64,000 bases of DNA from Candidatus Omnitrophota bacterium (GTDB taxonomy: Bacteria > Omnitrophota > Gorgyraeia > Gygaellales > Profunditerraquicolaceae): NCBI GenBank assembly GCA_018812825.1, contig JAHJCJ010000069.1, forward strand, positions 3,825 through 67,824, read 5' to 3'. Below, one piece after another: positions 17,803 to 28,241 of the stretch. The stretch's first letter is position 1. The number at the start of each line of letters is the position of its first letter. The notes beneath the pieces were generated by a model, which was not told where the DNA came from, searched no databases, and worked only from the letters and a program-made list of their open reading frames with translations. The translations under genes were made by a program, and so were the position numbers.

Positions 17803-18645
17803 CTATTGCCGCGCTTTAGCCGCCTCAACTAAATTACGCATTAACATTGTTACGGTTAAAGGCCCCACGCCTCCAGGGACAGGCGTAATGTAGCTTGCGC
17901 GTTTTTCAGCAGCCTCAAATTCTACATCACCCACGATTTTATCTGCGACTCTATTTATACCTACATCAATAACAACGGCTCCTTCTTTAATCCATTCGCC
18001 TTTAACGAGGCCGGCCTTGCCTACAGCTACAATCAAAATCTCAGCGCCCCTTACATGCTCTTCCAATTTTCCTGCTTTACTAGTTCCAATATGGCATACC
18101 GTAACTGTCGCAAATTTATCCAGCAATAAAAGCGCCAAAGGCTTACCCACTATTTCACTATGCCCCACAACTACAACCTCTTTGCCATATAAATCAATCC
18201 CGCCAGAATTGATCAGTTCCATTATCGAAGCCACAGTACATGGAATAAGTTTTGCCTTGCCGAATAAAATCTTTCCAATATTTTCCGGATGCATGCCTTC
18301 AATATCTTTCTCAGGAGCAATAAATTGGCTGATCTTTTTATAATCTATTGCCGCTGGAAGCGGCATCTGAATAATAATACCATCCACGGCCTTATCTACG
18401 TTAAGCTTAAGAATAAGATCTATCAAAACCTGTTCAGTAATATCCTTGTCCAGCTGGAACAGTTTATAAACTATGCTCAGATTCTCAGCGGCTTTAGCCT
18501 GAGACTTCACATAAGCAGCTGCAGCGGAATTATCTCCTACCAAAATACTGGCTAAAACCGGAGCTTGCTTTAAATCTTGTACCTGGTTCTTTATCTTTTT
18601 TTTAATTTCTTCAGCAACAGCTTTACCCTCTAATAATTTTGCCAA
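17803..18645 (-). CDS. folD: Methylenetetrahydrofolate dehydrogenase (FolD family)
   Basis: GIIIQMPLP, KDIEG, GHSEIVGKPL, IDVGINR, TPVPGGVGP. TTG start at 18645 lies 6 nt from GGAGG. Confidence 0.95.
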   Translation of the reverse strand: MAKLLEGKAVAEEIKKKIKNQVQDLKQAPVLASILVGDNSAAAAYVKSQAKAAENLSIVYKLFQLDKDITEQVLIDLILKLNVDKAVDGIIIQMPLPAAIDYKKISQFIAPEKDIEGMHPENIGKILFGKAKLIPCTVASIMELINSGGIDLYGKEVVVVGHSEIVGKPLALLLLDKFATVTVCHIGTSKAGKLEEHVRGAEILIVAVGKAGLVKGEWIKEGAVVIDVGINRVADKIVGDVEFEAAEKRASYITPVPGGVGPLTVTMLMRNLVEAAKARQ

Positions 18646-19186
18646 CGCCAACCTCCATATTCTTACGAATCTTCTGAATAACCTTATTCCTCTGATCTAA
18701 CTCTTTATTTATTACTTTAGTTAGCTTCTCCTGACCCAGCCTCTTTAAATTAATCTCTACATTAAAACAAGCGGAAACAAAAGCTGACTCTAGAAAAACC
18801 GCCGCTACAGCAACATCGCTGATTAAATTGGTGTTACCTTTTTTTATTAATGGCGGGCATAATTTTGCTGCTTCGCAACAGAGCCTCGCCAACATCAACG
18901 GGACATCCAATGCCTTACGTATATCCTTGCTTCGATAGGCAACTACATCTAAATCCACCAGTCCCAGGAAATCTTTTTTTAATTTATCTGACTTTGTTAA
19001 AATTTCCTTTAACTCTGGCTCAAATGCAGTATATTTAGACTTACCCAAAGTAAAGTTAACCACCATGCTGATCAGGCTTGCTCCCATCGCCGCATTCAAT
19101 GCTGCGGCAGATCCTCCTCCGGGAGCAGCAAGCTTAGCGGAAAGATCATCCAGATATTTAGTTAGATTTTGATTTTTATATTCCAT
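18623..19186 (-). CDS. fchA: Methenyl-THF cyclohydrolase / cyclodeaminase family protein
   Basis: PGGGSAAA, MVVNFT, GN.NLISD, NV.INL; adjacent to folD. Confidence 0.88.
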   Translation of the reverse strand: MEYKNQNLTKYLDDLSAKLAAPGGGSAAALNAAMGASLISMVVNFTLGKSKYTAFEPELKEILTKSDKLKKDFLGLVDLDVVAYRSKDIRKALDVPLMLARLCCEAAKLCPPLIKKGNTNLISDVAVAAVFLESAFVSACFNVEINLKRLGQEKLTKVINKELDQRNKVIQKIRKNMEVGVGKIIRG

Positions 19187-19191
19187 AGCCT

Positions 19192-19572
19192 TTAAATGGT
19201 AAAATCAGAGCTTAATTCAAAAGCGTCTTTAATTAAATCAATTTCCGGTAAATCTTGCGCATACAAAAGCGACACTACATCAAAACGTGCCGAATGTTCT
19301 AAGAAATTATTTTCTTTTAAATAACAAATTGCAACTTTAGAAATCTGCCTTTGTTTCAGGGGAGAGACTGCTTCGCCAGGCCCTCCGAATAACTTTGAAT
19401 GCCGCGCCTTTACCTCCACAAAGCAAATAACGCCTTTATCTTCTGCGATTATATCTATTTCGCCAAACTTTGTTTTATAGTTACGCCTGATAATCTTATA
19501 ACCCTGAACCTTTAGGAATTTTACTGCTGCATCTTCAGCTTGTTTGCCAAATTCTAGGTTTTTTCCAGGCAC
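19192..19572 (-). CDS. yraN: YraN family putative endonuclease
   Basis: G...E..A..FL...GY, GEIDII, FVEVKAR, RFDVV; follows rnhB. Confidence 0.93.
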   Translation of the reverse strand: MPGKNLEFGKQAEDAAVKFLKVQGYKIIRRNYKTKFGEIDIIAEDKGVICFVEVKARHSKLFGGPGEAVSPLKQRQISKVAICYLKENNFLEHSARFDVVSLLYAQDLPEIDLIKDAFELSSDFTI

Positions 19573-20168
19573 TTTAAAAAACTTTTCCGGTGAATGGCCG
19601 ATGGTCCGATCCTTCTTAAAATCATGCGATGCTCGGCCGTAGGGTAACCCTTATGTTTATCAAAACCATAATCAGGATAAATCTTATGGTATTTTTCCAT
19701 AAGGCCATCTCTATACACTTTAGCCAAAATGGAAGAAGCAGCAATGCTTAAGGATTTTGCATCCCCCTTAACAATACTCTGATAAGGAAGAGCTAATTTA
19801 AATCGCATATTGCCGTCAATAAGTATGAATACGCGCTTTAGCTCACTAGGCCCTAGTTCCATGGCTAATCTAGATATCGCCCTTCGCATAGCTAAAATTG
19901 TAGCTTGCAGGATATTTATCCGATCAATCTGTTTATGACCTACTACTGCAATGGCGTACAAAGACTTGTTTTTTATTTCAAAGAACGCATTTCTTCTTTT
20001 TATGGGGCTTAATTTCTTGGAATCATCAATCCGGTTACTGAAACAAAAATCCTTTAACAGCACTGCCGCAGCTACTACCGGGCCGGCTAACGGCCCTCTA
20101 CCTGCCTCGTCTACACCAATAACTAAATCATAGCCTTTTTCTTTTAGTTTTCTTTCGTATCGCAGCAC
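19554..20168 (-). CDS. rnhB: Ribonuclease HII
   Basis: GVDEAGRGPLAGPV, DSKKL, KGD..S.SIAASSILAK, HKGYPT. Confidence 0.97.
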   Translation of the reverse strand: MLRYERKLKEKGYDLVIGVDEAGRGPLAGPVVAAAVLLKDFCFSNRIDDSKKLSPIKRRNAFFEIKNKSLYAIAVVGHKQIDRINILQATILAMRRAISRLAMELGPSELKRVFILIDGNMRFKLALPYQSIVKGDAKSLSIAASSILAKVYRDGLMEKYHKIYPDYGFDKHKGYPTAEHRMILRRIGPSAIHRKSFLKCLEKT

Positions 20169-20524
20169 TAGTTTGCTTTTTCTTCTTTGCTCTCTATCTT
20201 AGTGGCATGTTTGCCAATTTTACTTCTTAAGTAATAAAGCTTGGCCCTTCTTACCTTTCCCGAACGGAGAATTTCAATACGCTCAATACTCGGAGAATAT
20301 AGCGGAAATACGCGCTCGATCCCCTCGCCGAACGAAACTTTTCTTACCGTAAAATTAAGTTTTATCCCCGAACCGCTTTTTGCAATTACCACGCCCTCGA
20401 ATGGATGTAAACGGAATTTATCCGCTCCTTCCGAGATCTTGGTAAGCACCTTCACCGTATCTCCGACATTAAACTGCGGCATCTCTTTCTTCGTAAACCC
20501 TGACTCAATTGTTTTAATATCCAT
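20168..20524 (-). CDS. rplS: 50S ribosomal protein L19
   Basis: [31 protein letters not shown]. Confidence 0.98.
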   Translation of the reverse strand: MDIKTIESGFTKKEMPQFNVGDTVKVLTKISEGADKFRLHPFEGVVIAKSGSGIKLNFTVRKVSFGEGIERVFPLYSPSIERIEILRSGKVRRAKLYYLRSKIGKHATKIESKEEKAN

Positions 20525-20535
20525 TACTGCTGCCT

Positions 20536-20683
20536 CCTTTAAATGAGCGCTTAACTTACGAACACGATAGTGTGAGTAAGTTAATGCGCGAATTTGAGCA
20601 CCTTATGCTCTTGTTTAGCGAAATCCCGCCGAATATGCCAAAATTATCGTAGAGAATTTTGGCATAGCCTCTGAGACGGGATC
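20536..20683 (+). repeat. Structured intergenic element A1
   Basis: About 90 bp nearly identical to 47187-47276. Three hairpins, with tandem G.A mismatches on the + strand. Confidence 0.9.
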
Positions 20684-22479
<1,796 letters not shown>

Positions 22480-22484
22480 TTATC

Positions 22485-22650
22485 TTAACAGGTCCTGTCG
22501 AGGCTTGCCTCTCGCATCACCGCTTGCTCGCCCCAGCGTGGCTCGCTGCGCTCCGGCAAAAATTTCGCTCTGCCTAAACATGTATTATGGGCAACCGTGC
22601 CCGCTCAATTTTTGAGATGCTGCTCGAGTTCAAGCCTCGCCACCCGTTAA
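22485..22650 (-). repeat. Structured intergenic element B1 (inverted partner of B2)
   Basis: Branched stem-loop on the minus strand. Shares GCGGGCACGGTTGCCC, AGGCAGAGCG, CGCTGGGG and AGCGGTG, in the same order, with 23502-23673 on the + strand. Confidence 0.85.
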
Positions 22651-22808
22651 CAAAATTAGAACCCCCACCTTTATTTATTAGAATATACTGTTCTAAATCA
22701 ACAATTTATTATTGACTGCGAAACAGATATTTACGCCCTAGCTTATGGTCTATTGTGCCCAAAACGTACCCATTTTATTTCTATGACAGGGAACAATTAT
22801 AAAAACTT

Positions 22809-23405
22809 TTATTTAATAATATCGTTTTCCCGAATATACTCGTTTAACTTCCGTAAATGTTTATCTAAAAAAGTGTATTTATCTTTAAATGATCGCATAA
22901 AACTGTCATCGAATTTATCTTCTTTTTTTCGACCTTCGTAGTATTCTATATAAAAGGCTTCTCTATCACCATCATAAAATATAGAACCATGCGCTACTTT
23001 GTTTCTAATTAAAATAAGGTCATTTAGATCTTTCCTGACTTGCTTAAAAATGTCGGAAGAAATTACAGATAATTTATCTTTAAAAAAATCAGTGATATCG
23101 GATAGCAATTTTCTTTTCAGCATAAAATTAAAGAATTCTTTCTCCAGAATTAGTCCTTTAAACCAGCCATGCCTCTTGTAATCTTTCCCAAAAAATAAAT
23201 GACATACGCATATGTTGAGGGAATTTTCTAAATCAAGAGAGTCTGCAATAATTATGCTTCTACGATTATTTAATTTATTATAGTCCTCTAAAATCTTTTT
23301 AATATTCTTCGAACACTTTTCATTGGAGTTATGTATTATTACCCCTCCCACATTGTATTCTGATACCGTTTTTGCAGATACAGCAGATCTATTATTTTTC
23401 TTCAT
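22809..23405 (-). CDS. AT-rich hypothetical protein with HEPN-like RxxxxH motif
   Basis: 198 aa, likely helical; IRNKVAH motif; SD-like AAAGGTGAG upstream; visibly more AT-rich than its neighbours. Confidence 0.7.
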   Translation of the reverse strand: MKKNNRSAVSAKTVSEYNVGGVIIHNSNEKCSKNIKKILEDYNKLNNRRSIIIADSLDLENSLNICVCHLFFGKDYKRHGWFKGLILEKEFFNFMLKRKLLSDITDFFKDKLSVISSDIFKQVRKDLNDLILIRNKVAHGSIFYDGDREAFYIEYYEGRKKEDKFDDSFMRSFKDKYTFLDKHLRKLNEYIRENDIIK

Positions 23406-23501
23406 CGTATACTCACCTTTCTAATTGGAACTAATGAAGTTACTTTGGTGATACATGTATTTCTTAATTAGAGCACCTTGCCCTACGCCTGTTGAATGTA
23501 C

Positions 23502-23673
23502 TATTCAGCGGATGACTTGGCTTGTTCCGGAGCGCACGTGAGAATTTTGCGCGGGCACGGTTGCCCCGCTAAAAACATCAGGCAGAGCGCAAAATTCTGG
23601 CCGAGCGAAGATTTTCCTCGCTGGGGAAAATCGAGCGGTGCGCGGAGGAACAAGACAAGGCAGACGCTAAATA
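23502..23673 (+). repeat. Structured intergenic element B2
   Basis: Stems CTTGTTCC/GGAACAAG, GCGCAC/GTGCGC, AGAATTTTGCGC/GCGCAAAATTCT, GATTTTCC/GGAAAATC with G.A mismatches; overlaps the queA stop. Confidence 0.85.
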
Positions 23674-24659
23674 ATCAGCATTGCGTCGCCATAACTGTAA
23701 AATCTATATTTTTTCTCAACTGCTTCCTGATAAGCCTGCTTCATCAGCTTCTCGCCGCCAAAAGCGCAGGCCAGCATAAAAAGCGTAGTCATCGGTAAAT
23801 GAAAGTTAGTTAACAGGCAATCGGTTAATTTAAACTTATACCCTGGATATATAAATAAATCTGTGTTGCCTTCTTTCCGGCCATCAGCATAAGTCTCCAG
23901 CGTCCTTAAAGCAGTCGTACCAACAGCAATAATCCGTCTTTTATCAACTTTAGCCTGTTTAAGTTTAGCAATGGTTTCATCAGGCACTAAAAAATACTCC
24001 GGCTCCATCTTATGTTCGGCAATGTTTTCGCATCTTACCGGCCTAAACGTCCCTAATCCAACATGCAAAGTTACATAAACCAGCTTAATGCCTTTGGAGC
24101 AAATGTCTTCAAGCAACTTTTCAGTAAAATGCAGCCCGGCAGTCGGCGAGGCAAGCGCGCCTTCATTTTTTGCGTAAACCGTCTGATAATAAACTTTATC
24201 TGAATCAACGGACGGGCGTTTTATGTAAGGCGGCAAAGGTACAACGCCATAACTGTAAATTATATCCGCATCAGGTTGTTTAAAGCTGATTTGCCCCCGG
24301 GCGCTCAAAACCCCGACGACATTTCCGCCGGCGAAAATAACCTTTTCGCCGATCTTCGTCCGGCTGGGCTGAACCAGACAGGAGAATGTTGCGCCGTTTA
24401 AACGCCGGGTCAGCAGAATCTCAACCCTGCCCCCGGTAGTTTTATTACCCATTAAACGACAATGCAGAACCTTGGTATCATTAAGAACTAGTAAGTCATT
24501 TTCTTTAAAAAAATTACCGATATCTTTAAATACGCCGTGGGAGATATTACAGGTTTGCCGATTTACAACCAAGAGCCTGGCCTCTTCTCTATTTTCCAAA
24601 GGATACTGAGCAACCAACTCTTTAGGAAGCGGATAATCAAATCCGGAGAGTCTAAGCAT
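23667..24659 (-). CDS. queA: S-adenosylmethionine:tRNA ribosyltransferase-isomerase
   Basis: FDY.LP.EL.AQ.P, NDTKV, PLPPYI, PTAGLHF, HVG.GTF, YRFYSYGDAM. Confidence 0.97.
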   Translation of the reverse strand: MLRLSGFDYPLPKELVAQYPLENREEARLLVVNRQTCNISHGVFKDIGNFFKENDLLVLNDTKVLHCRLMGNKTTGGRVEILLTRRLNGATFSCLVQPSRTKIGEKVIFAGGNVVGVLSARGQISFKQPDADIIYSYGVVPLPPYIKRPSVDSDKVYYQTVYAKNEGALASPTAGLHFTEKLLEDICSKGIKLVYVTLHVGLGTFRPVRCENIAEHKMEPEYFLVPDETIAKLKQAKVDKRRIIAVGTTALRTLETYADGRKEGNTDLFIYPGYKFKLTDCLLTNFHLPMTTLFMLACAFGGEKLMKQAYQEAVEKKYRFYSYGDAMLII

Positions 24660-24704
24660 TACTGATATAAAGGCTGGGTAAAATTAGAATTCAAGATACG
24701 CTTT

Positions 24705-25883
24705 TTAATTCAGATAACCGATTATCTGGTCGGTTAAATCATCAATCGAGAAAAAGACTATGCCGTCAGGAGCAAAATCAGCAATCATGCGGTATTGATT
24801 AAAGAACAGGTCCGGGCTATTTTTCATTAAAAATAGGCCTATACCGATATATACCTTTCCTTTACCGCGGTGGCCCAGGCTGGATTTAACTATCTCTTTT
24901 GCGAATTGATTATCTTTAGTATAAGACATTAATACAACATAGTCTATTATACCTTCCTCCAGCCAGGCTGACCAATCTTGGAAGGCATTGGCATATGCGC
25001 GTTCGGTTAGCGGTATAACCGCGCAGGAGACTACCAAATCCGCGGATTTAACCTTAACTAAATTTGAAATTTTACGCACTAAATCCGTTACCTGCTGACG
25101 CTTCCAATTGTCCCAAGCCAAATACTCATCTTCATTATTCAGTGTATCCAAAGGATTAAGCCCAGTCTTATCTTTAAAGCGTTCCACATTCTTCGGCCCA
25201 TAACCATAAGTTAAACCAAATTTCTTGAATCTTGATCCTGGGACAAACGGCACAGGCGACGGATAACGGATATAATCTAAGTGCACCCCGCTGATCAGCG
25301 GATAGCGGTTGATAATTTCATTTATAATCGTTAAGATATACTCCTCTATCCTGGGATCTCCGGGCTCTAAAAATATCTGATCCTCCCTTAGATAATACTT
25401 GTCCAATTCCGTGATAGACTCAGTCTTTGATCCCCTTTGATATTGGTCCAAGGTTAAAATAGAACTGCCGTATTTCTTTAGAATACCCGCTTTGTCATTC
25501 TTGCCTAAACTCAAAATGTTTACCCATGCAAAGACCTTGATATTATTCTCCTGAGCCTCTCTGAGCAATAAATCTAAGGTATCCATTCCTGCTGCCTTGA
25601 CCATAGCGTCATACTTAGTTTTATCGCAAATCTTAGAATCATAATAGGCATTTCCTGACTGAAAAAATTGCAGGTAAATCTCATTTATCTTTGCCTTCTT
25701 GCACAAGGCAATCAAGTTATTTACTCCATCCTTTGTATAAAGAACTTTTCTGTTTGAGAATACCGAAACCCAGATTCCCCGCGCCGGGCATGCATTAACC
25801 AAGGCTTCTTTATTTTGAGCAAAAACCAAACTTAAACTAAACAAATAACCTGCCAACAATAAGACTAATATTTTCTTTTTCAT
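24705..25883 (-). CDS. Secreted glycoside hydrolase-like protein (GHL10/YddW family)
   Basis: Signal peptide, RGIWV, GVHLDYIRYP, QDW..WL..GIID...MSY. Confidence 0.8.
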   Translation of the reverse strand: MKKKILVLLLAGYLFSLSLVFAQNKEALVNACPARGIWVSVFSNRKVLYTKDGVNNLIALCKKAKINEIYLQFFQSGNAYYDSKICDKTKYDAMVKAAGMDTLDLLLREAQENNIKVFAWVNILSLGKNDKAGILKKYGSSILTLDQYQRGSKTESITELDKYYLREDQIFLEPGDPRIEEYILTIINEIINRYPLISGVHLDYIRYPSPVPFVPGSRFKKFGLTYGYGPKNVERFKDKTGLNPLDTLNNEDEYLAWDNWKRQQVTDLVRKISNLVKVKSADLVVSCAVIPLTERAYANAFQDWSAWLEEGIIDYVVLMSYTKDNQFAKEIVKSSLGHRGKGKVYIGIGLFLMKNSPDLFFNQYRMIADFAPDGIVFFSIDDLTDQIIGYLN

Positions 25884-26422
25884 TTTTCTATTTTCATAGT
25901 ATACCGTTCGAGCTTAGAATAATTACACCCGCAATATTTTTGACAATAGATCCCCTTGTTTCTAGCCTCTTCATGAGCCTGCTTAAACCCAACACGAAAA
26001 TCTTCGTAATAAAAATCTATCCCTGATTCCTTAGCAACCTGAATGCCTAATTGCTTAAGTAATTCCTGATTCTGATATGGACTGACTAACAAGGTTGAGC
26101 TGAATGTGTTAAAGCCATTTTCTTTGGCATAAAGAGCTGTCTTCTGCAGACGCAATCTCCAACAGCTTACGCAGCGCTCTGGCGCTTCATTATTAGCATT
26201 GATTGCCTGAGAAAATTCAGATGGCAGATACTCAGGACACCTCACTTCAAATTGCAGGTCCTTACTTAAAACCATAACTGCCTCTTGGCGCCTGCTATAT
26301 TCACTAATAGGACAAATGTTAGGATTATAATAAAATCCTTTTACCTCAAAACCTTGATCATTTAGCCTTTTTAAAGGATAAATCAGGCATGGACCGCAGC
26401 AGATATGCAGTAGGATTTTCAT
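25880..26422 (-). CDS. queH: Epoxyqueuosine reductase
   Basis: LLHICCGPC, YNPNI, RC..C..RL, Y.QKYCGC. Confidence 0.93.
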   Translation of the reverse strand: MKILLHICCGPCLIYPLKRLNDQGFEVKGFYYNPNICPISEYSRRQEAVMVLSKDLQFEVRCPEYLPSEFSQAINANNEAPERCVSCWRLRLQKTALYAKENGFNTFSSTLLVSPYQNQELLKQLGIQVAKESGIDFYYEDFRVGFKQAHEEARNKGIYCQKYCGCNYSKLERYTMKIEK

Positions 26423-26433
26423 TGCGAAAACAA

Positions 26434-27504
26434 CTAAAAAATCTCTTCCTGATGCTCTTTATTAAACCCAAAGTTCGGGTCCAACTTTAAACCAAAATGT
26501 TCAAATGCCTTCCTCGTAACTAATCTGCCCCGGGCAGTGCGTTTTAAATACCCTGCCTTTAAAAGATATGGCTCAACTGTATCGGCGATAGTATCCACTT
26601 CTTCATTTAAACTGGCCGCCAGAGACTCAATCCCCACCGGCCCTCCGCCAAACGACTCAAGAATAAGTTTTAAGACTTTACGGTCTAAATCATCGAAACC
26701 CGCCTGGTCTATACCTAATTCATTAAGGATTTTTGAGGCTGACAGCTGATCCACTTGCTTAATCTTAAGCACCTGGGCATAGTCGCGTACCCGGCGCAAA
26801 AGACGGTTAGCAATACGCGGAGTCCCTCTGGCGCGCCGGGCAATCTCCAAACAAGCATCTTCATCAATTTGCACTGCCAATAACGCGCTTGAGTTCTTTA
26901 TAATCTTAGCTAACTCTTCTATTTTATAGAAATCAAGGCTGTAAAATATACCAAACCTTCCTCTAAGCGGAGCAGCCAAAAGCCCTGTGCGCGTAGTCGC
27001 GCCGATTAAAGTAAAAGGCTTGAGATTAAACTTGATAGTCTTAGCGTATGGGCCCTTATCAATCACAAAATCAATCTGGAAACTTTCCATCGCCGGATAC
27101 AAAAACTCCTCAACTACCTTGGACATGCGGTGTATTTCATCAATAAAGAGGATATCTCCAACTTCTAGGTTAGTCAGAATTCCAATTAGGTCTCCGGCGC
27201 GCTCAATAGCCGGACCACTAGTAGCAGTAATCTTAGCGCCCATTTCATGCGAAATAATATGCGCCAAAGAAGTCTTGCCCAACCCCGGAGGTCCGCTCAA
27301 AAGTACATGCTCTAACGGCTCTTTCCTCTGCTTGGTTGCTTGTATCGCTATTTTTAAGTTATCCACGATATCTTTATGGCCGACAAACTCGGTAAATTTC
27401 TTTGGCCTAAGGGATATGTTTAAAACTACATCCTCTTCGGATTCCTTAATATCAGCAATAATTGAATTAGCCTTAAGCAGTGTCCGCCTGGTCTCTTCGC
27501 TCAT
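26434..27504 (-). CDS. ruvB: Holliday junction branch migration helicase
   Basis: LRP, GPPGLGKT, FIDEIHR, RGTPRIANRLLRRVRD. Confidence 0.98.
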   Translation of the reverse strand: MSEETRRTLLKANSIIADIKESEEDVVLNISLRPKKFTEFVGHKDIVDNLKIAIQATKQRKEPLEHVLLSGPPGLGKTSLAHIISHEMGAKITATSGPAIERAGDLIGILTNLEVGDILFIDEIHRMSKVVEEFLYPAMESFQIDFVIDKGPYAKTIKFNLKPFTLIGATTRTGLLAAPLRGRFGIFYSLDFYKIEELAKIIKNSSALLAVQIDEDACLEIARRARGTPRIANRLLRRVRDYAQVLKIKQVDQLSASKILNELGIDQAGFDDLDRKVLKLILESFGGGPVGIESLAASLNEEVDTIADTVEPYLLKAGYLKRTARGRLVTRKAFEHFGLKLDPNFGFNKEHQEEIF

Positions 27505-28240
27505 AAGGTATGATATTTTCTTTATTCCTTGATATAATTATATCTTCAAATGCCGCATCCTGGTGAGTAATGATTTCTCTCATTTTTGCCAACTCCAATA
27601 TTGCCAGGAAGATTACGATTATTTCCATTTTATCTTTTGACTTATTAAACAACTCTGAAAGTTTAACCTTTGCCTGGATTAACAACAAGTGCAGGATATC
27701 ATGCACCTTCTGCTCAACGGTAAACTGATCTTTAATTACCTCATAAAAAACTTCTCTTGGGACATCTTTTAAGGCCTGAGAAAAAGCATTGATTAAATCA
27801 AATATGCTGGCTTCAAAATACACTTCCTCTTCCTTGGACTGCGCCTGGACGTCCAAAGGCACCTCTGTCTTTTGCCGCTTAAAAACATCTTGCTGGCTGA
27901 GCTCCCTTTCTCTTAAGTTCTCTGCGATCTGTTTAAATTTCTCATACTCCAGGAGCCTTTTTATCAGTTCGGCGCGCGGATCCTCCTGTTCTTCTTCCAC
28001 CGGTGTCTCGCTTGCCGGAAGCAGCATCTTTGATTTTATCTGCATAAGGGTAGCTGCCATCACTAGAAAATCTCCTACGATGTCCAGATCCAAAAGTTGC
28101 ATAAAATTAATATATTCCAAATACTGCTGGGTAACTTTGGCAATAGGAATATCGTAAATATTAAGATGGTCTTTTTTTACTAGGTACAACAACAGGTCTA
28201 GCGGCCCTTCAAACATCTCTAAGTGTATTTTATAATTCAT
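27473..28240 (-). CDS. scpA: Segregation and condensation protein A
   Basis: FEGPLDLLLYL, FLVMAATL..IKS.MLLP, FLAILEL. Confidence 0.95.
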   Translation of the reverse strand: MNYKIHLEMFEGPLDLLLYLVKKDHLNIYDIPIAKVTQQYLEYINFMQLLDLDIVGDFLVMAATLMQIKSKMLLPASETPVEEEQEDPRAELIKRLLEYEKFKQIAENLRERELSQQDVFKRQKTEVPLDVQAQSKEEEVYFEASIFDLINAFSQALKDVPREVFYEVIKDQFTVEQKVHDILHLLLIQAKVKLSELFNKSKDKMEIIVIFLAILELAKMREIITHQDAAFEDIIISRNKENIIPYERRDQADTA

Positions 28241-28241
28241 T

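Noticed and set aside
20536-20683. CRISPR array or L19 ribosomal leader
   Set aside because: There is no repeat-spacer periodicity; a near-identical copy precedes purA; the favoured fold is on the antisense strand.
22485-22650. Integron attC site (TAAC...GTTA ends)
   Set aside because: The ends fit RYYYAAC/GTTRRRY poorly, partner B2 lacks them and is inverted, and no integrase is present in the window.
23496-23798. 100-aa plus-strand ORF over element B2
   Set aside because: It is a translation of a palindromic element running antisense into queA and has no protein-like signature.
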